NCBI RefSeq assembly: GCF_006345805.1
Contig: NW_021834313.1
Location: 1 to 57,419, forward strand
Origin: Octopus sinensis
Taxonomy: Eukaryota
Length of the DNA: 57,419 bases
Direction of reading: 5' to 3'
Position numbers and translations under genes: made by a program. The notes below the pieces were generated by a model. That model was not told the origin of the DNA. It made no database searches and saw nothing but the letters and a program-made list of their open reading frames with translations. Each line of letters opens with the position of its first letter. Within the stretch, counting starts at the first letter, position 1. This document shows, piece by piece, positions 1-12,730 of the stretch.

Positions 1-358
1 CCACCACGTGGTTCCGGGTTCACTCCCACTGCGTGGCATCTTGGCAAGTATCTTCTACTATATCCTCGGCCGACCAAAGCCTTGTGAGTGGATTTGGTAG
101 ATGGAAACTGAAAGAATCTCGTCTATATATGTATATATATATATGTATGCGTGTATGTTTGTGTGTCTGTGTTTGTCCCCCAACCATCGCTTGACAACCG
201 GTGTCGGTGTGTTTTTTCATCCCCGTAACTTAGCGGTTCAGCAAAAGAGACTGATAGAATAAGTCCTGGGGTGTCAATTTCCTTGACTAAAGGCGGTGAT
301 CCAGAATGGCCGCAGTCAAATGACTGAAACAAATAAAAAAGCAAAAGAGTAAAAGAGT
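1..358 (+). mobile_element. tRNA-derived SINE family A, 5' end cut by window edge
   Basis: B-box-like GGTTCACTCC, body GCCTTGTGAGTGGATTTGGTAG, internal (TA)/(TG) tract and AAAAGAGT tail; collinear with the copy at 51661-52073. Confidence 0.9.
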
Positions 359-954
359 GTACGTGGTTATCTAAATTACTGTGCATATATTTGAGCGTGT
401 CCGTATGTATATTGAATACTCTTTATTTCCTGAGGTAACTTTACACCTATACACTACATTTTTAGTCTTACATCTAAAATTTAACGAGCATTGTCTATTC
501 CTTGTGCAATCACAGTAATTATTTCTTCTATTTCTATTACGATTTTCTATGCCGGCTACATATATATTCATATATGAATGCTTGTCGTTAAGCATTATGT
601 TATGATCCAAAATATGTTGGATCATATCACAAATATATGATCGGACTGTAAAACAGTTTTCAAATTTATATACTGCAAACTCTTAAAGTTCTTGTTACTT
701 TTATATTGTTCAGTATATTTCTAGTCCAATAATATGATTACAACTACCGAAAAGTGACCCTGCTATAACCTGTTAAGACCAGGAAATCTATTTGAGAACT
801 TTCAGTACGAGTGAGTGCAAAAAATTCGTGTTTGAATGTGCATGCGTGCACGCATGTGGTCATGTCTGGTGATATGTGCATATGTATGTGAAAACAAGAA
901 AATGACCGTAACCATTGTTATTTTCGGTTGCATATATTTATAAAGTGAGTGTCT

Positions 955-1024
955 ATGTGTGTGTATGTATGTTTTAATTTATATATATATATATATATTA
1001 TATATATATAATATATATTATATA

Positions 1025-1066
<42 letters not shown>

Positions 1067-1478
1067 TATATATATAATATATATATATATATGAACATTC
1101 ACACACACACACAATATATATATATATATATATATATACGCATATATATCCGTGTCTGCGTGTGTGTTGTTTTTGTGTGTGTGTGTGTGTCTCCGTCTCT
1201 TTTCAAACGAAAGAAGATTAGTCAATTCGAAAATGTCTATATACAACAAATTATAATAAATGTGTATAAAACGCATACATACGTGTGTACATGAGTGAGT
1301 ATGGATGATGCAATATGTGCTATATATCTATATATATATATATATTATTATATGCATGCATATATATATATGCATATAAACATAGATATATGCACATATA
1401 CATATATATATACATAAATATAGATATATGTGTACACCTATGAGTATTATACACGTATATATATAATATAGTGTTTAT

Positions 1479-1513
<35 letters not shown>

Positions 1514-1520
1514 GTGTGTG

Positions 1521-1550
<30 letters not shown>
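955..1550. repeat. Compound (TA)n/(CA)n/(TG)n microsatellite block
   Basis: Directly visible; similar blocks recur throughout the window. Confidence 0.95.
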
Positions 1551-1552
<2 letters not shown>

Positions 1553-2559
1553 GTTATGCTTGTGTGCTTACATATTAGAAAATGCAATTAACTCAATTTG
1601 TTCCTAACAAAACAGCAACGTTGCAATGGCAGACAAGGGTTGTTCATTCAGTTAGCGTTCATTCAATGCCATACATGCAAAGACTTGACAAAGGTCAAAG
1701 TTGAATAAGGCACCAGTTTGTTATTTGATTGAGCAGATTTATCTAGTTATCTTTGTAGAGAAACATCCCGGACACACATCCTGAAGGGTGTCAAACCTTT
1801 CGTACGTACGCACGCACATACATACATATGTGTGTGGAACCATCTCTCTCTCTCTCTCTCTCTCTCTGTATATATATATATATATATATGAATGTATATG
1901 GGCGTGTGTGTGTGTATGAGTGTATTAGTGTGTGTATGAGTGTATTAGTGTGTGTGTTGTGTGTGTGTGTGCGAGAGAGAGAGAGATAGAGAAAGACAGC
2001 GGGTATCTATATGTGTGTGTATGTCTGTGTGCTTGCATGTCGATGGTAATATCTATTGAGTTTTCATTGTTCGCATGATGGACCGACAAAACAAAATGTG
2101 TACACGTATCCTTATACGTACACCTGCACACATACCAGACACACGCACAAACACACGTATATATATATATATATATATGTATTTTATATATATATAATAT
2201 ATAATTATATATATATATATATACATATATATATACAAATGTGTGTGTATGCGGGTGTGAGTGCTTGTGTATGTGTGCGTTGTGTTCATTGTGTAATACA
2301 CAATTGATAAATAGACCATAGATACAAAGATCGATGGATAGTTCAACGGGCTATTTCGCCATTTAAATATTCACGGTTTACGTCTGAGAATATGTTGGCC
2401 TACTATTTACAAAAAAACATGAGAGTTTTGTTCATTTGTTCAGTAAGTTATTAGATGTTGTGGCATTCATTCAATCCCCTTTGTAGTATTGATTATAATA
2501 TACACCAATATTATAATGGAACCAATGGATCCAACTAATGAGCGTTTACTTTCTTATTT

Positions 2560-3100
2560 CTAGCACATTATAATTCGACAGTTATTTTTCTTTGCCTTCC
2601 TAAGGATTGCATCAGTCAAGAGACTCAGATAAGTGGTAGGAAGAGTGAATCAATACTTTGGTACAAATTTTTATAAACATACTCTATAACATGCACGGTT
2701 GTTCTTTCTGTTCTTTGCTAATCAATAAACGTGTAAATTCCTCTCCTACGCGCTGACGCACTATCTGCAAACTTGTAAATCAAAGCTGAAATTGAGCAAT
2801 AACCTTTCCTCTCATCTACTTTTCGAAAACCTTCACAATACCATTGAAAATGTTTAATGGAAAGTACCTCATACTCAAAACCGAAACATTCTTTGGAATC
2901 AAGCGAGGGAAAGTTTCTACGTCTTTGATATATGTAAGAGCAATATAAATGCAGATAATAAGGTCAGCTTGAATTTAAGGACCTTTAAATCTTGGACCTA
3001 ATAAAAATGGCAAGCTTTAGAATTCACAATATCTTCCTAATCGTGCTAAGCAAGCCAATAATTCTCTTCAATATCTTAACCAGCGTGTTTTAGAGAAAAC
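2560..3100 (-). pseudogene. Possible highly decayed hAT (Buster/Charlie-like) transposase remnant
   Basis: Scattered minus-strand peptides EELLACLA.L, ETFPRL, EEFTRL and LPTTYL occur in the order expected for a hAT C-terminus; many frameshifts. Confidence 0.3.
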
Positions 3101-3416
3101 TTAAGGTATATTATTATGCACACAATGCGACTATTACATGATATCTGCAGAAGATAAATGTAATCCTCTGTATTTGTAACACAATAATGAAGACTGCGTT
3201 GAAAAGTTGCACCAACCGAAATATATATTACTGTTACGAACAAAAAATTATATCCAGAGAAATTTTCGCTCGAAAGACGCGAATTAGAAACACCGCCCTC
3301 TGGTTTTACAAGGAGAGACGTAAAAGAAAAAAAATCATTTTGGTCATGTGACTGTTTAAAGCTTCTCACAGTTTGGTCTCCCTAACACCAAAGGCACCTC
3401 AGGTAGGCACCGGCCT

Positions 3417-4050
3417 ACAGGCGCTCACTTAGAGTAGGCCCTTTCACATGAGCTAGACTTGCCACATTCTCTCAACTTTCCACAAATTTACTGGGTGACA
3501 GCAACTCCCTCTCTAGCATCCTTTTCCTTTTCAGGTGGCAGTTGAAAAATCAATGAGGTCTTGCCTGAAGAGGAAGGTACCCATCTTCAATCCATTCAAT
3601 CACGCCCACCACACAACCTTTTTCGCCATTACAACCAGACAAAGAAAAACTGCCTGTTCTTCCCGGCCAAAGGAAGGAGGCGGGGCAAACTTCATGATGG
3701 ACTCGGATGATAGCTGGATCTACTCCACATGTGACAGTAACGGAATGACAAAGCTCCACAACTCAGGAAACATGGACAATGTACGAGAGCATGTAGAACG
3801 GTTTCGTCGCTCCGCGTGCATCTCGGTCAGGCCCTTTCTGACTAAATACCTGTGACCGCAGAGCTTATCACAAAACGGCAGAACCACCCACACGCCCAGT
3901 AGCACGACCAACACAGGGATTCCTGGAAGTTATCCAAAGGCCGCGGCCCGAACGTCCTCCAGAGGAGACCAATTGACAACCTCCCATCGCCCAAAACCTC
4001 TCCGAGGACATCGTCACTCTTGCACTCCTAAAGAACTCTAAGGTGGAACA
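3417..4050 (-). mobile_element. L1/Tx1-clade LINE ORF2 C-terminal fragment (zf-RVT region)
   Basis: Minus-strand translation across frameshifts gives LWRTFGPRPLDNFQESLCW, PRCTRSDETVLHALVHCP (CxxC..ETxxH..CP knuckle), VVMAKKVVWW and HLKRKRMLER. Confidence 0.75.
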
Positions 4051-4059
4051 TCCACCGAC

Positions 4060-4227
4060 CTTTCTAGTAAAGGTACAACGCCTGAAATTTGGCGAGAGGA
4101 GACTAGCATTTCACTGGTATTTAATTTATCGACCCTGGCGAAATTTTAACTCAGAACGTAAAGATGGGCGAAATGCCGCTAAACATTTCGCCCGGTGTGC
4201 TAACGATTCTGCCAGTTCGTCGCCTTA
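4060..4227 (-). mobile_element. SINE family B, internally deleted
   Basis: Reverse complement AAGGCGACGAACTGGCAGAATCGTTAGCAC...TTTACGTTCTGAGTT matches 52236-52473. Confidence 0.8.
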
Positions 4228-4240
4228 ATAATAATAATGA

Positions 4241-4287
<47 letters not shown>

Positions 4288-4311
4288 ACAATAATAATGA
4301 TTATTATTTTT

Positions 4312-4468
4312 AATGCAAGGTCATGCGTTGTTTATCTGGATATAAGATCACCATGTCGTGCACATGTGCTTGTGATGCATATACCTAGTGTACCCTTATC
4401 AGACGAGTATACTGGGCTTCATATATTTTACCCCAGTGTCCCTTTCATGGCATGCATTGCTATTTCAA
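4312..4468 (+). mobile_element. 3' fragment of unclassified (TAA)n-tailed repeat (TAA-REP)
   Basis: TGCAAGGTCATGC..GATCACCATGTCG..TACCCTTATCAGAC..TATTTTACCCCAGTGTC shared with 9101-9650 and 16225-16732; ends in (TAA)n. Confidence 0.85.
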
Positions 4469-4534
4469 TAATAATAATAATAATAGTAGTAGTAGTAGTA
4501 GTAGTTGTAGTAGTAGTAGTATAGTAGTAGTAGT

Positions 4535-4738
4535 CTGACCACCTTCGGTCATGAATGACCAAGGGAGGGATTGCACTTAGAAAGTTACCCTCCGAGGCAC
4601 AAGTCTGGGTAAGGTTATTTATGGAAGACCAGCAATCGCCCATGCATACTGACCTCCTCTCTCCATGCCACCGATGTTATCCAACGGAAAGGCAAAAGCT
4701 GATACAGCTTGGCACCAGTGACGTCGGAGATCATTTAT
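4535..4738 (-). mobile_element. Probable SINE 3' domain fragment
   Basis: GC-richer block (reverse complement ACGTCACTGGTGCCAAGCTGTATC...GGTCATTCATGACCGAAGG) between a microsatellite and a SINE; single copy here, assignment from general resemblance only. Confidence 0.4.
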
Positions 4739-4741
4739 TAA

Positions 4742-5000
4742 TGTGCAAGTGGCTGAGCACTCCATAGACACGTGTACACTTAACGTAGTTCTCGGGAAGA
4801 TTCAGCGTGACTGGTACAACAGAAACAGGAAGAAAGAGTGAGAGAAAGTTGTGGTAAAAGAGTACAGCAGGGTTCACCACCCCACCACCGCCGGGGGCTC
4901 GTGGAGCTTTAAGTGTTTTCGCTCAATAAACACTCACAATGCCCGGCCTGGGAATCGAAACCGCGAGTCCACTGCCCTAACCACTGGGCCATTGCACCTC
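4742..5000 (-). mobile_element. tRNA-headed SINE with tail D
   Basis: Reverse complement has A-box TGGCCCAGTGG and B-box GTTTCGATTCC; 3' part (GTGCAAGTGGCTGAGCACTCC..GACACG..TTAACGTAG) shared with 31829-31880. Confidence 0.8.
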
Positions 5001-5004
5001 CACC

Positions 5005-5041
<37 letters not shown>

Positions 5042-5842
5042 ATATTAATGACACCTCCGACGCCGACGACGTCTACAACGACAACGACGACTATGGTGGT
5101 GTTGGTGATGAAGAGGCATACAAGAACAACATTATATTGCGGGGATACCATACAGAAGACGTAAGTGATAGCTGAAACAGTCTATTTACTGAAAATTTCC
5201 TTACTTGAAATTCTCTCTTTATTGAATAATTTCCTTTTAATACAAACGTAAACGAATCATACGTTTGAAAGCCCGAATTTTATATACTGGTATTGTGAAA
5301 GGAAAGAGAAAGGCAATCACAGATAAGCGAGTGCACATGTCAATCAAACCTGAACTTGTTAATTGTTTCGTATGTTTATGACTTGGATTGCAAAGAAAGG
5401 CATGAAAATATTCTATAATAACAGAATATAAAGCACGAAGCATTCGCTAAATAAACTATTTAAGCATTCGCTTGTCTTCGATATCGTGTCCCTATAATAC
5501 GGTTTTGGTAATAATGTTTTTTCCTATTTGGCTCACTGTAACTCGAAAGCCTTTGTTATTTTGACATAACATATAATAGTAAATGTGATAATGTGTTTCT
5601 GAAACGATTCCCAGTTTAAAAATGTAATAAATATTTTTTTTTTTTAAGAATATTTTCCCCATAAAATATAGTGACGTAGAATAATACAAATTTAAATTTC
5701 ACACAATATGTTTTTCGAAAGAATTCAATTTTAAAAGCAAAATAAATGCAAAATATGACCGATTTTCATATTTTCGCTTAAATATTTCAAAATCCAGTCT
5801 ACCTGGCCATGTTCTTATGGCACACCAACGCTATATATATGG

Positions 5843-5936
<94 letters not shown>

Positions 5937-5937
5937 C

Positions 5938-6100
5938 TGATTAAAATCAATAGAAGCACCAAGGATACCCAGCAGGTAATGCAGTACGATCGTTTCATGC
6001 AACTCCATTTAATCTAATAATGCTATCATCACATCAATGCATGAAACGTTCGTACTGCATTACCCCTGTATATCCTTGTTGCTTATTTTGATTTTAATCA
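5938..6100. repeat. Fold-back element with ~63-bp inverted arms, (TA)n-flanked, carrying a hammerhead 3' half-motif
   Basis: 5938-6001 pairs with 6038-6100; arms contain GAAA-CGATCG-TA (minus) and GAAA-CGTTCG-TA (plus). Confidence 0.85.
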
Positions 6101-6190
6101 CCTTCTTTGAAATTGTATATAATACCATACTAAATTCTGGTGACTCAACTTAAGTACCATATTCATCTAAATCTCTCTCTCTAACTATCT

Positions 6191-6266
<76 letters not shown>

Positions 6267-6358
6267 TGTATATATATATATGCATATATATATACATATA
6301 CATAATATATAATACACATATATATATATTACATATATATATATATATATATAATATA

Positions 6359-6396
<38 letters not shown>

Positions 6397-6436
6397 ATAT
6401 ATATATATAATATATATATACACATAAATATATATT

Positions 6437-6940
6437 ACTAGAATCAGTTACTAACCTACATCCAAGGCTCCACCATTGCAATTTCAGCCTCAGCAGGGTA
6501 TTTTGGCATGTATACGTGCAGTATTTGGAGTCAGTCCATGTGAAGATTTGTGTATGTTTTGTTTTAGGTATGCATTCTCATGTAGAGGTGCATGTCTTGA
6601 CACGCATAGGTACTTAAATAATAAACTTCTGGAAGTTTTACAAATGTCTACAGCTTCGGTGATGTATTGGATCTGTAGCCTTCGAATCAGCTTTCTCCTA
6701 TCTGGTATTGAGAAGCCTAATTTCTGAAGATTGGTTCTTAGGCTGGAAGATAGGTTCTGAAGATTGGTCCTTAGGCTACATATCACAGTGCCCCAATAAT
6801 TACAAGTACAGACCTGAAATTCTAATCTTGGTAGAGTAAATGTAGAATTCTCAATTGTTCAGCGGAGGTATTTTCTTTTTCGCTGATCTTTAGCTCTAGT
6901 TTAGCATCCGCTGGGCAGCTGACTTCCACAACTGTACGCA
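6437..6940 (-). mobile_element. 3' end of restriction-like-endonuclease (R4/Dong-like) non-LTR retrotransposon
   Basis: Minus-strand translation VVEVSCPADAKLELKISEKENT...VIIGAL...LRTNLQKLGFS..RRKLIRRLQIQ..VDICKT then 3'UTR; bounded by (TATG)n and (TA)n; internal ~33-bp tandem duplication at 6722-6778. Confidence 0.75.
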
Positions 6941-7415
6941 CTATGTATGTATGTATGTATGTATGTATGTATGTATGTATGTATGTATGTATGTATATAT
7001 ATATATGTATGCAGGTATGTATGTAGGTATGTATTGATTTTTTGTTCAGTTAAGAATATTACCTATTTACGTTACTTCTGAGTTTGAACTATTATCTTCC
7101 CTTTTTATCTTTTTATTTATTTATTATTTATTTATTTATTTAGATATTATTTAGTAGTAGTAGTGGTTGTGGTGGTGGTGATGGTGGTAGTAGTAGTATT
7201 AGTAGTAGTGGATGGGAAAAGCTTGGTTTGCAATATTTGCAGTAGTGCATGCTTGTCAAGAGCAAGGCTCATTGGCCACTAAAGGAGCAGCAAATCCAAA
7301 ATATAAGTTAGTCCTAGAGCGCATAATGTTACCGAAGGTCAGCAATGGCCTTTCTCTGTACGAGTGGACGGCCAGCATCATCATATATGTATGCATATAG
7401 GTATATATGTGTATG

Positions 7416-7447
<32 letters not shown>

Positions 7448-7566
7448 TGTATGTATGTATGTATGTATCCGTGCATGCATCTACGTATGTATGTTTGTGA
7501 TTATGAGTGTGTATATGTATGTATGTATATATGTATGTATACATGTATGTATGTGTAGTGTGTGTG

Positions 7567-7607
<41 letters not shown>

Positions 7608-7959
7608 GAAAGAGTTCTGGTCAGTATCTAGTGACACAAAAAGTGTTTGATTTATTTTTGCGGATTGCTTGATAGTAGCCTGACCTCCAAAATGTCTGTT
7701 GCGCCTCTAATACGTTGTCACGGGCATCAACATACTACTGTGTTTTATTGTTTCAAGGTCGTTGTCACATAGTGTCATAAAACGTATTGACATTTATATT
7801 CTAATATATAAATAAGGAGTATATGGATGTGAATTTAACAAATAATTTTGGTGTACTACATTGCAAACTTGTACCATGAAAGATCTAATAGTTTCCGTTC
7901 CAAAAAACAGAATCAGATCAACAACAACAACAACAATACACACCAAAACATAATTAAAA

Positions 7960-8330
7960 CTTTGGAGATAGGGAAGTTTCTTGATGATAATATTTCACAT
8001 ATTACATATTTATATTTTGGTCCTGAAGATGCCATAACTATTCAGGAAAAAAAGTGGTGTCAGATATTTCTAGATGAATTTGTAAATACATGGTGAAGTT
8101 GATTGAATCTGAATTTGAATGGCTTCGCCGGTAGCTCTATATTCGGTGAGGAGTCAGTGTTATTCTTTTAAACAACTTTGCGCGATACACAATAGTGGTA
8201 GTGAGAAAGGATTGTTTACGAGCCACGTATAAGGGTTTCAGCAGGTACGGTTTGGAAAAAAATTGCTTCTAGCTAAGGATAATGTTTGAGTTTCCGCTTA
8301 CTGATAATACTTTTCTATTCGATGCAGTTT
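7960..8330 (-). mobile_element. Penelope-like element GIY-YIG endonuclease remnant
   Basis: Minus-strand peptides NRKVL, TIVYRAK, NIELPAKPFKFRFNQ (YIGLT..FK.RF equivalent), LWHLQDQNIN and EILSS in canonical order. Confidence 0.6.
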
Positions 8331-8369
8331 TCAGTGATTCTGTTGCTACAATTAACTTTTGTTAAGTTG

Positions 8370-8560
8370 CAAATTATAATTGGAGGACTGCTTACTGTAT
8401 TCTATACATGAATCTGATAGTGGTATTGATACGAAATTCGGATTAGAAAGATGCGCCAATGTAAACTTAAGAGAGGAAAATTAATTAAGAACGCTAATAC
8501 CACGTTAAATAATGAGAGATAAAAGAATTAGACCGAACAAAAACTTACACATACTTACCA
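8370..8560 (+). mobile_element. R4/Dong-type RT domain remnant
   Basis: Peptides DTKFGLERCANVNL, KRGKLIK and IKELDRTKTYTYL match the FGLDKCA..KRGK..YKYLG segment. Confidence 0.6.
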
Positions 8561-8675
8561 ATTAATGAACTATATAGTTTAAAAACTCACATACTTCAAA
8601 GAAAGATCAGGAATTAACATTGTTCACGCATTATATTAATACTTAATACAGAGTTTAAAGGAAGAAAATCAATAA

Positions 8676-8722
<47 letters not shown>

Positions 8723-8971
8723 ATGAATAAGTATAAGTAGATACATAAAAAAAAAGAAGATAATAGCTAAAACTCTCAGAAGTAACGTAAATAGGTAATA
8801 TTCTCTCCTGAACGCAAAACCAATTTGCAAAACTCGGCAAAAAATGCAAAACAAACAAAAAAGAAAACAACAAAAAAACAAAAAAAGATTATGAGCGAAT
8901 ATAGAGTAAAAGTCAATTTCGTGCATTTTATACAAAAAAGGAAATCCTTGGTGTATATCTTAAGCCATGAC

Positions 8972-9006
<35 letters not shown>

Positions 9007-9033
9007 GTAATAATAATAATAATAATAATAATG

Positions 9034-9081
<48 letters not shown>

Positions 9082-9101
9082 TAATAATAATAATAATAAT
9101 A
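8972..9101. repeat. (TAA)n microsatellite
   Basis: Directly visible. Confidence 0.98.
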
Positions 9102-9650
9102 AATGCCCTGATGCAGTACCAGACAGTGGCCCTCATGGCTTCTGATCTTAACTGATTGGAAGAGTTGTCATGTACTTTGTTTTGTCTTGGTGTTAAAGAT
9201 GGGCTACAGCAAATATTCTGTTAAATACCACAGATTTGCTTGTCAGTTGTTTGACCTTAACCAGTTGAGCATGTCCCTTAGTGGCTGACAATATGCGCAT
9301 CTCTGCTCACGAGTAGAAGTAGTGGGGGAGCATCATAGCCGTGTGTTGAAAGGAATTCTTAGAGTTTTGGATAATTCACCTATGGAAACATGGGTGTTTC
9401 GTTCAACATCCTTAATCAATCCATAATCATCCGAGATGGGCTACTCGACCAGAAGAAAATTGTAACTGGGCCCCACCTGCAAGGTCATGCACTGTTTATC
9501 TTGATATGAGATCACCATGTCGCGCCCATGTGGTTGTTATGCATGTGCCTGGTGTACCCTTATCAGACAGGTAGTCATGATGGGTATACTGGGCCTCGTA
9601 TATTTTACCCCAGTGTCACTTTGATGGCATGCTCCGCTCGCTCACTCGAT
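9101..9650 (+). mobile_element. Longest TAA-REP copy, embedded in (TAA)n on both sides
   Basis: Homologous to 4312-4468 and 16225-16732; no A/B boxes or long ORF seen. Confidence 0.85.
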
Positions 9651-9672
9651 AATAATAATAATAATAATAATA

Positions 9673-9713
<41 letters not shown>

Positions 9714-9726
9714 TAATAATTAGTAT

Positions 9727-10040
9727 CAACAGCATGGTTCCGGGTTCAGTCCCATTGCGTGGCACCTTGGGCAAGTGTCTTCTACTGTAGCCTCGGGCCG
9801 ACTAAAGCCTTGTGAGTGGATTTGGTAGACGGAAACTGAAAGACGCCCGTCGTATATATGTATATATAAATTATATGAGTGTGAGTGTGTGTTTGTGTGT
9901 CTGTTCGGCAAAACAGACCAATAGAATAAGTACTAGGCTTCCAAAGAATAAGTCCTGGGGGCGATTTGCTCGCACTAAAGGCGGTGCTCCAGCATGGCCG
10001 CAGTCAAAGGACGTAAGTAAGTAAATAGAGTAACAAGAGT
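9727..10040 (+). mobile_element. SINE family A, 5'-truncated with internal deletion
   Basis: CATGGTTCCGGGTTCAGTCCC..GCCTTGTGAGTGGATTTGGTAGACGGAAACTG..CTAAAGGCGGTGCTCCAGCATGGCCGCAGTC. Confidence 0.9.
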
Positions 10041-10851
10041 AACAACAAAAGTAATATAATAATCATCTGCAGTACTGGCACACAGCCACAAATGTTTTTG
10101 AGGAGGGAGTTTGTGGAAGCAATGCTACAGATCATTTTGTCCGGCAAGCTAATGATTTTGACTAAAGCAGTTTATACAATGACAATCAGTGGAGTGCAAA
10201 CGTGTGAACCCTAGGAGTGATTCTCGGAAGCTCAGCGATGCTTCTTTTCTTGTGACTGAAGAGTGGAAACGTAGAAACTTGCCAGATTTGAACAGAAAAT
10301 TAAAAAAAGTTGGTTTCATGATATTTCGAGGGACCGTTGTGTTGATTATATATTCGTATCTTCAAAAGAAGAAAAAGAAAAAAAAAGAGACAATATGAGG
10401 AGGAGGCGGAGGAGGAAAAGGAAAAGAGATTTGTGCCACCTACGACAAGAAACCGTAACAAAAACGTATCGAAATAATAGGAGCTGCAGCTTTGACAGGG
10501 ATGGAAAAATATATTTCGAAAATGAATTGGAAATGTATGAAAATGTCAGAGCATAAAACCAGAGAATAGCACAGCATATATTTTTTTTATAGTGAAGTAA
10601 TGTGATGGCGTATAAGGTGACGACCGCCATGTTGCCACATTTACGCTCTTCACGTGATTAAATTACTGAAACACCATTCATGAAATCAGTCATATACACA
10701 CACAAGCTCTCCAACAAGCACACACATACACACAGAAACACAAACGCATACAAACACACACATACACAAACAGACACAAACACATACAAGCGTACACAAA
10801 CACAAATGTATACGCATATAGCATATACATATACGTACATATATATATATA

Positions 10852-10895
<44 letters not shown>

Positions 10896-10926
10896 ATATA
10901 TATATATATTATATATATATATATAT

Positions 10927-10957
<31 letters not shown>

Positions 10958-11510
10958 AGCAATAATAAATCTCTGAACGAGATATACATATATATTACAT
11001 ATATATTATATATATATACATATATGTATATACACACACAAACATATATATATATACATATATACATTTATATTACATATATATACATATATATACATAT
11101 ATATATGTATATGTATGTATGTATGTATTACACATACATTTATGTTATACATACATACAAATTTATATAATATATATATAGTACCATAAAGTCCCTATTC
11201 TCGTGGATTATTGAAGACTCCCGTAAATTTGTATCGAAGGAATATATAGCTCACAAGCAAACTCAATGAGTTATTGAGATTCAGCTCTGGGATATAAATC
11301 TAGGAGAGAAATAAGCAACAGAAAAGAAAGAGAAAAAAAATCCAAGCAACACAAATTTTTATGTAGAAAATAACTTTATCAAAAGGCGCAGATGTGGTTG
11401 TCTTCAGCGGCATTTTAATAGCAACTGAAACATCGTAAATCACAATGAGGAGGTAAATGTCCTGGGATAGCTCCGTTGTAGCGAACAACATCGAACATTT
11501 AATGACCGTA

Positions 11511-11728
11511 AGGCAGCAAGCTGGCCGAATCGTTAGCAGGCCTGGCAAAATGCAGAGCGGCATTTCGTCCGTCTTTACATTCTGAGTTCAAATTCCACCG
11601 AGGTCGACTTTACTTTTATCTTCTCGAGGATCGATAAAATAAGCACCATTTGAACATTGGGATCGATGTAATCGACTTAAGAACCCACCTTCAAACTTGC
11701 TGGCCCCAGGCTAAAATTTGAAACCAAT
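11511..11728 (+). mobile_element. SINE family B, full length with 14-bp target-site duplication
   Basis: CTGGCCGAATCGTTAGC head, GAGTTCAAATTCC B-box, GAGGTCGACTTT core; TSD ATTTAATGA(C/T)CGTA at 11497-11510 and 11729-11742. Confidence 0.9.
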
Positions 11729-12069
11729 ATTTAATGATCGTATGCATACTGAACAAGTGACTGATTTGGACATAAGAATATCAGTTTGTAAGGTAGAGAT
11801 TCCTCGTGTGTATTCTAGTAAGATATCAGCATAAGGGAATAGAAGAGTATGAAGGCGTGGAAACCAGACCTTCGAAGTCACTGTTAATAGTAATCTTGTA
11901 AAAGGTAACAGATAAGCGTTCTACAAAAAATATTTTTCTTTCAGTTTTCTGTCAAATTGGACATTAACACAAACTTTAACATCATATATGTGTATAGAGA
12001 ATGTTTAACAAGATATTACTGGTTTCGGTGGATCCATCTTATCATATATTAGAAATATTAGAAAGAATC

Positions 12070-12495
12070 TGGCGCAAAGCAGTGTTTAGGTACGAGCCGA
12101 ATTTAGGTTAATTGAAATTTATTTGTCACGTATTCCAACTTCTAGAAGTCAATGCTTCGTTATTTACCTTGATCAGGCAATCTACAAGCGCAAATCAGTC
12201 AACGTGTTAGATATAAATCTACAGCTTTATTAAGTTTGTTCAGCGTTGCCTCTCTTAGGTACATCTCATTGACAGGTGTAAAAAACAACAAACAAAAAAA
12301 CCCCTCGAAAATCGATGTTTGAGGTTCCTAACAGATGGCGACACCAAAGGAACTGGATGTTTTCACAACGTTTTTACTATAAGAGAGATTATTTCTCCAC
12401 GATAACTGCAGTGTATTTGGCTTTTAGCAGTTGAAATATGACAAACATTTCAACTAACCTTAATTCTGCTCATGCCTAAACACTGCTTTGCGCCA
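12070..12495. mobile_element. Fold-back/MITE-like element with ~58-bp inverted arms
   Basis: 12070-12128 (TGGCGCAAAGCAGTGTTTAGG...) is the reverse complement of 12439-12495; right end lies next to (TA)n. Confidence 0.8.
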
Positions 12496-12525
12496 ATGCT
12501 TCGTTCTATATATATATATATATAT

Positions 12526-12730
12526 ATAAATGAAAGAATGGAGTTCGTCGTTCAACTCCATTCTTTCATTTATTTGTATTAAAAAAAAACACACACATTT
12601 CCACACGAAAGCACGTGAACTCTGCCCTTGGCATGTAGCTTCAACCGTGTTTTTCTGACGTGAATTTGCTACCCGGGTATCGGTTAACCGAATTATCCAT
12701 ACTAGGATAATTCATTCAACTACTTAAATA
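12526..12730 (+). repeat. Hairpin-headed element between (TA)n tracts
   Basis: Perfect 20-bp stem 12526-12545/12554-12573; downstream ACGTGAAC.CTGC..CCTTGGCA..AACCGT shared with 27752-27786. Confidence 0.65.
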
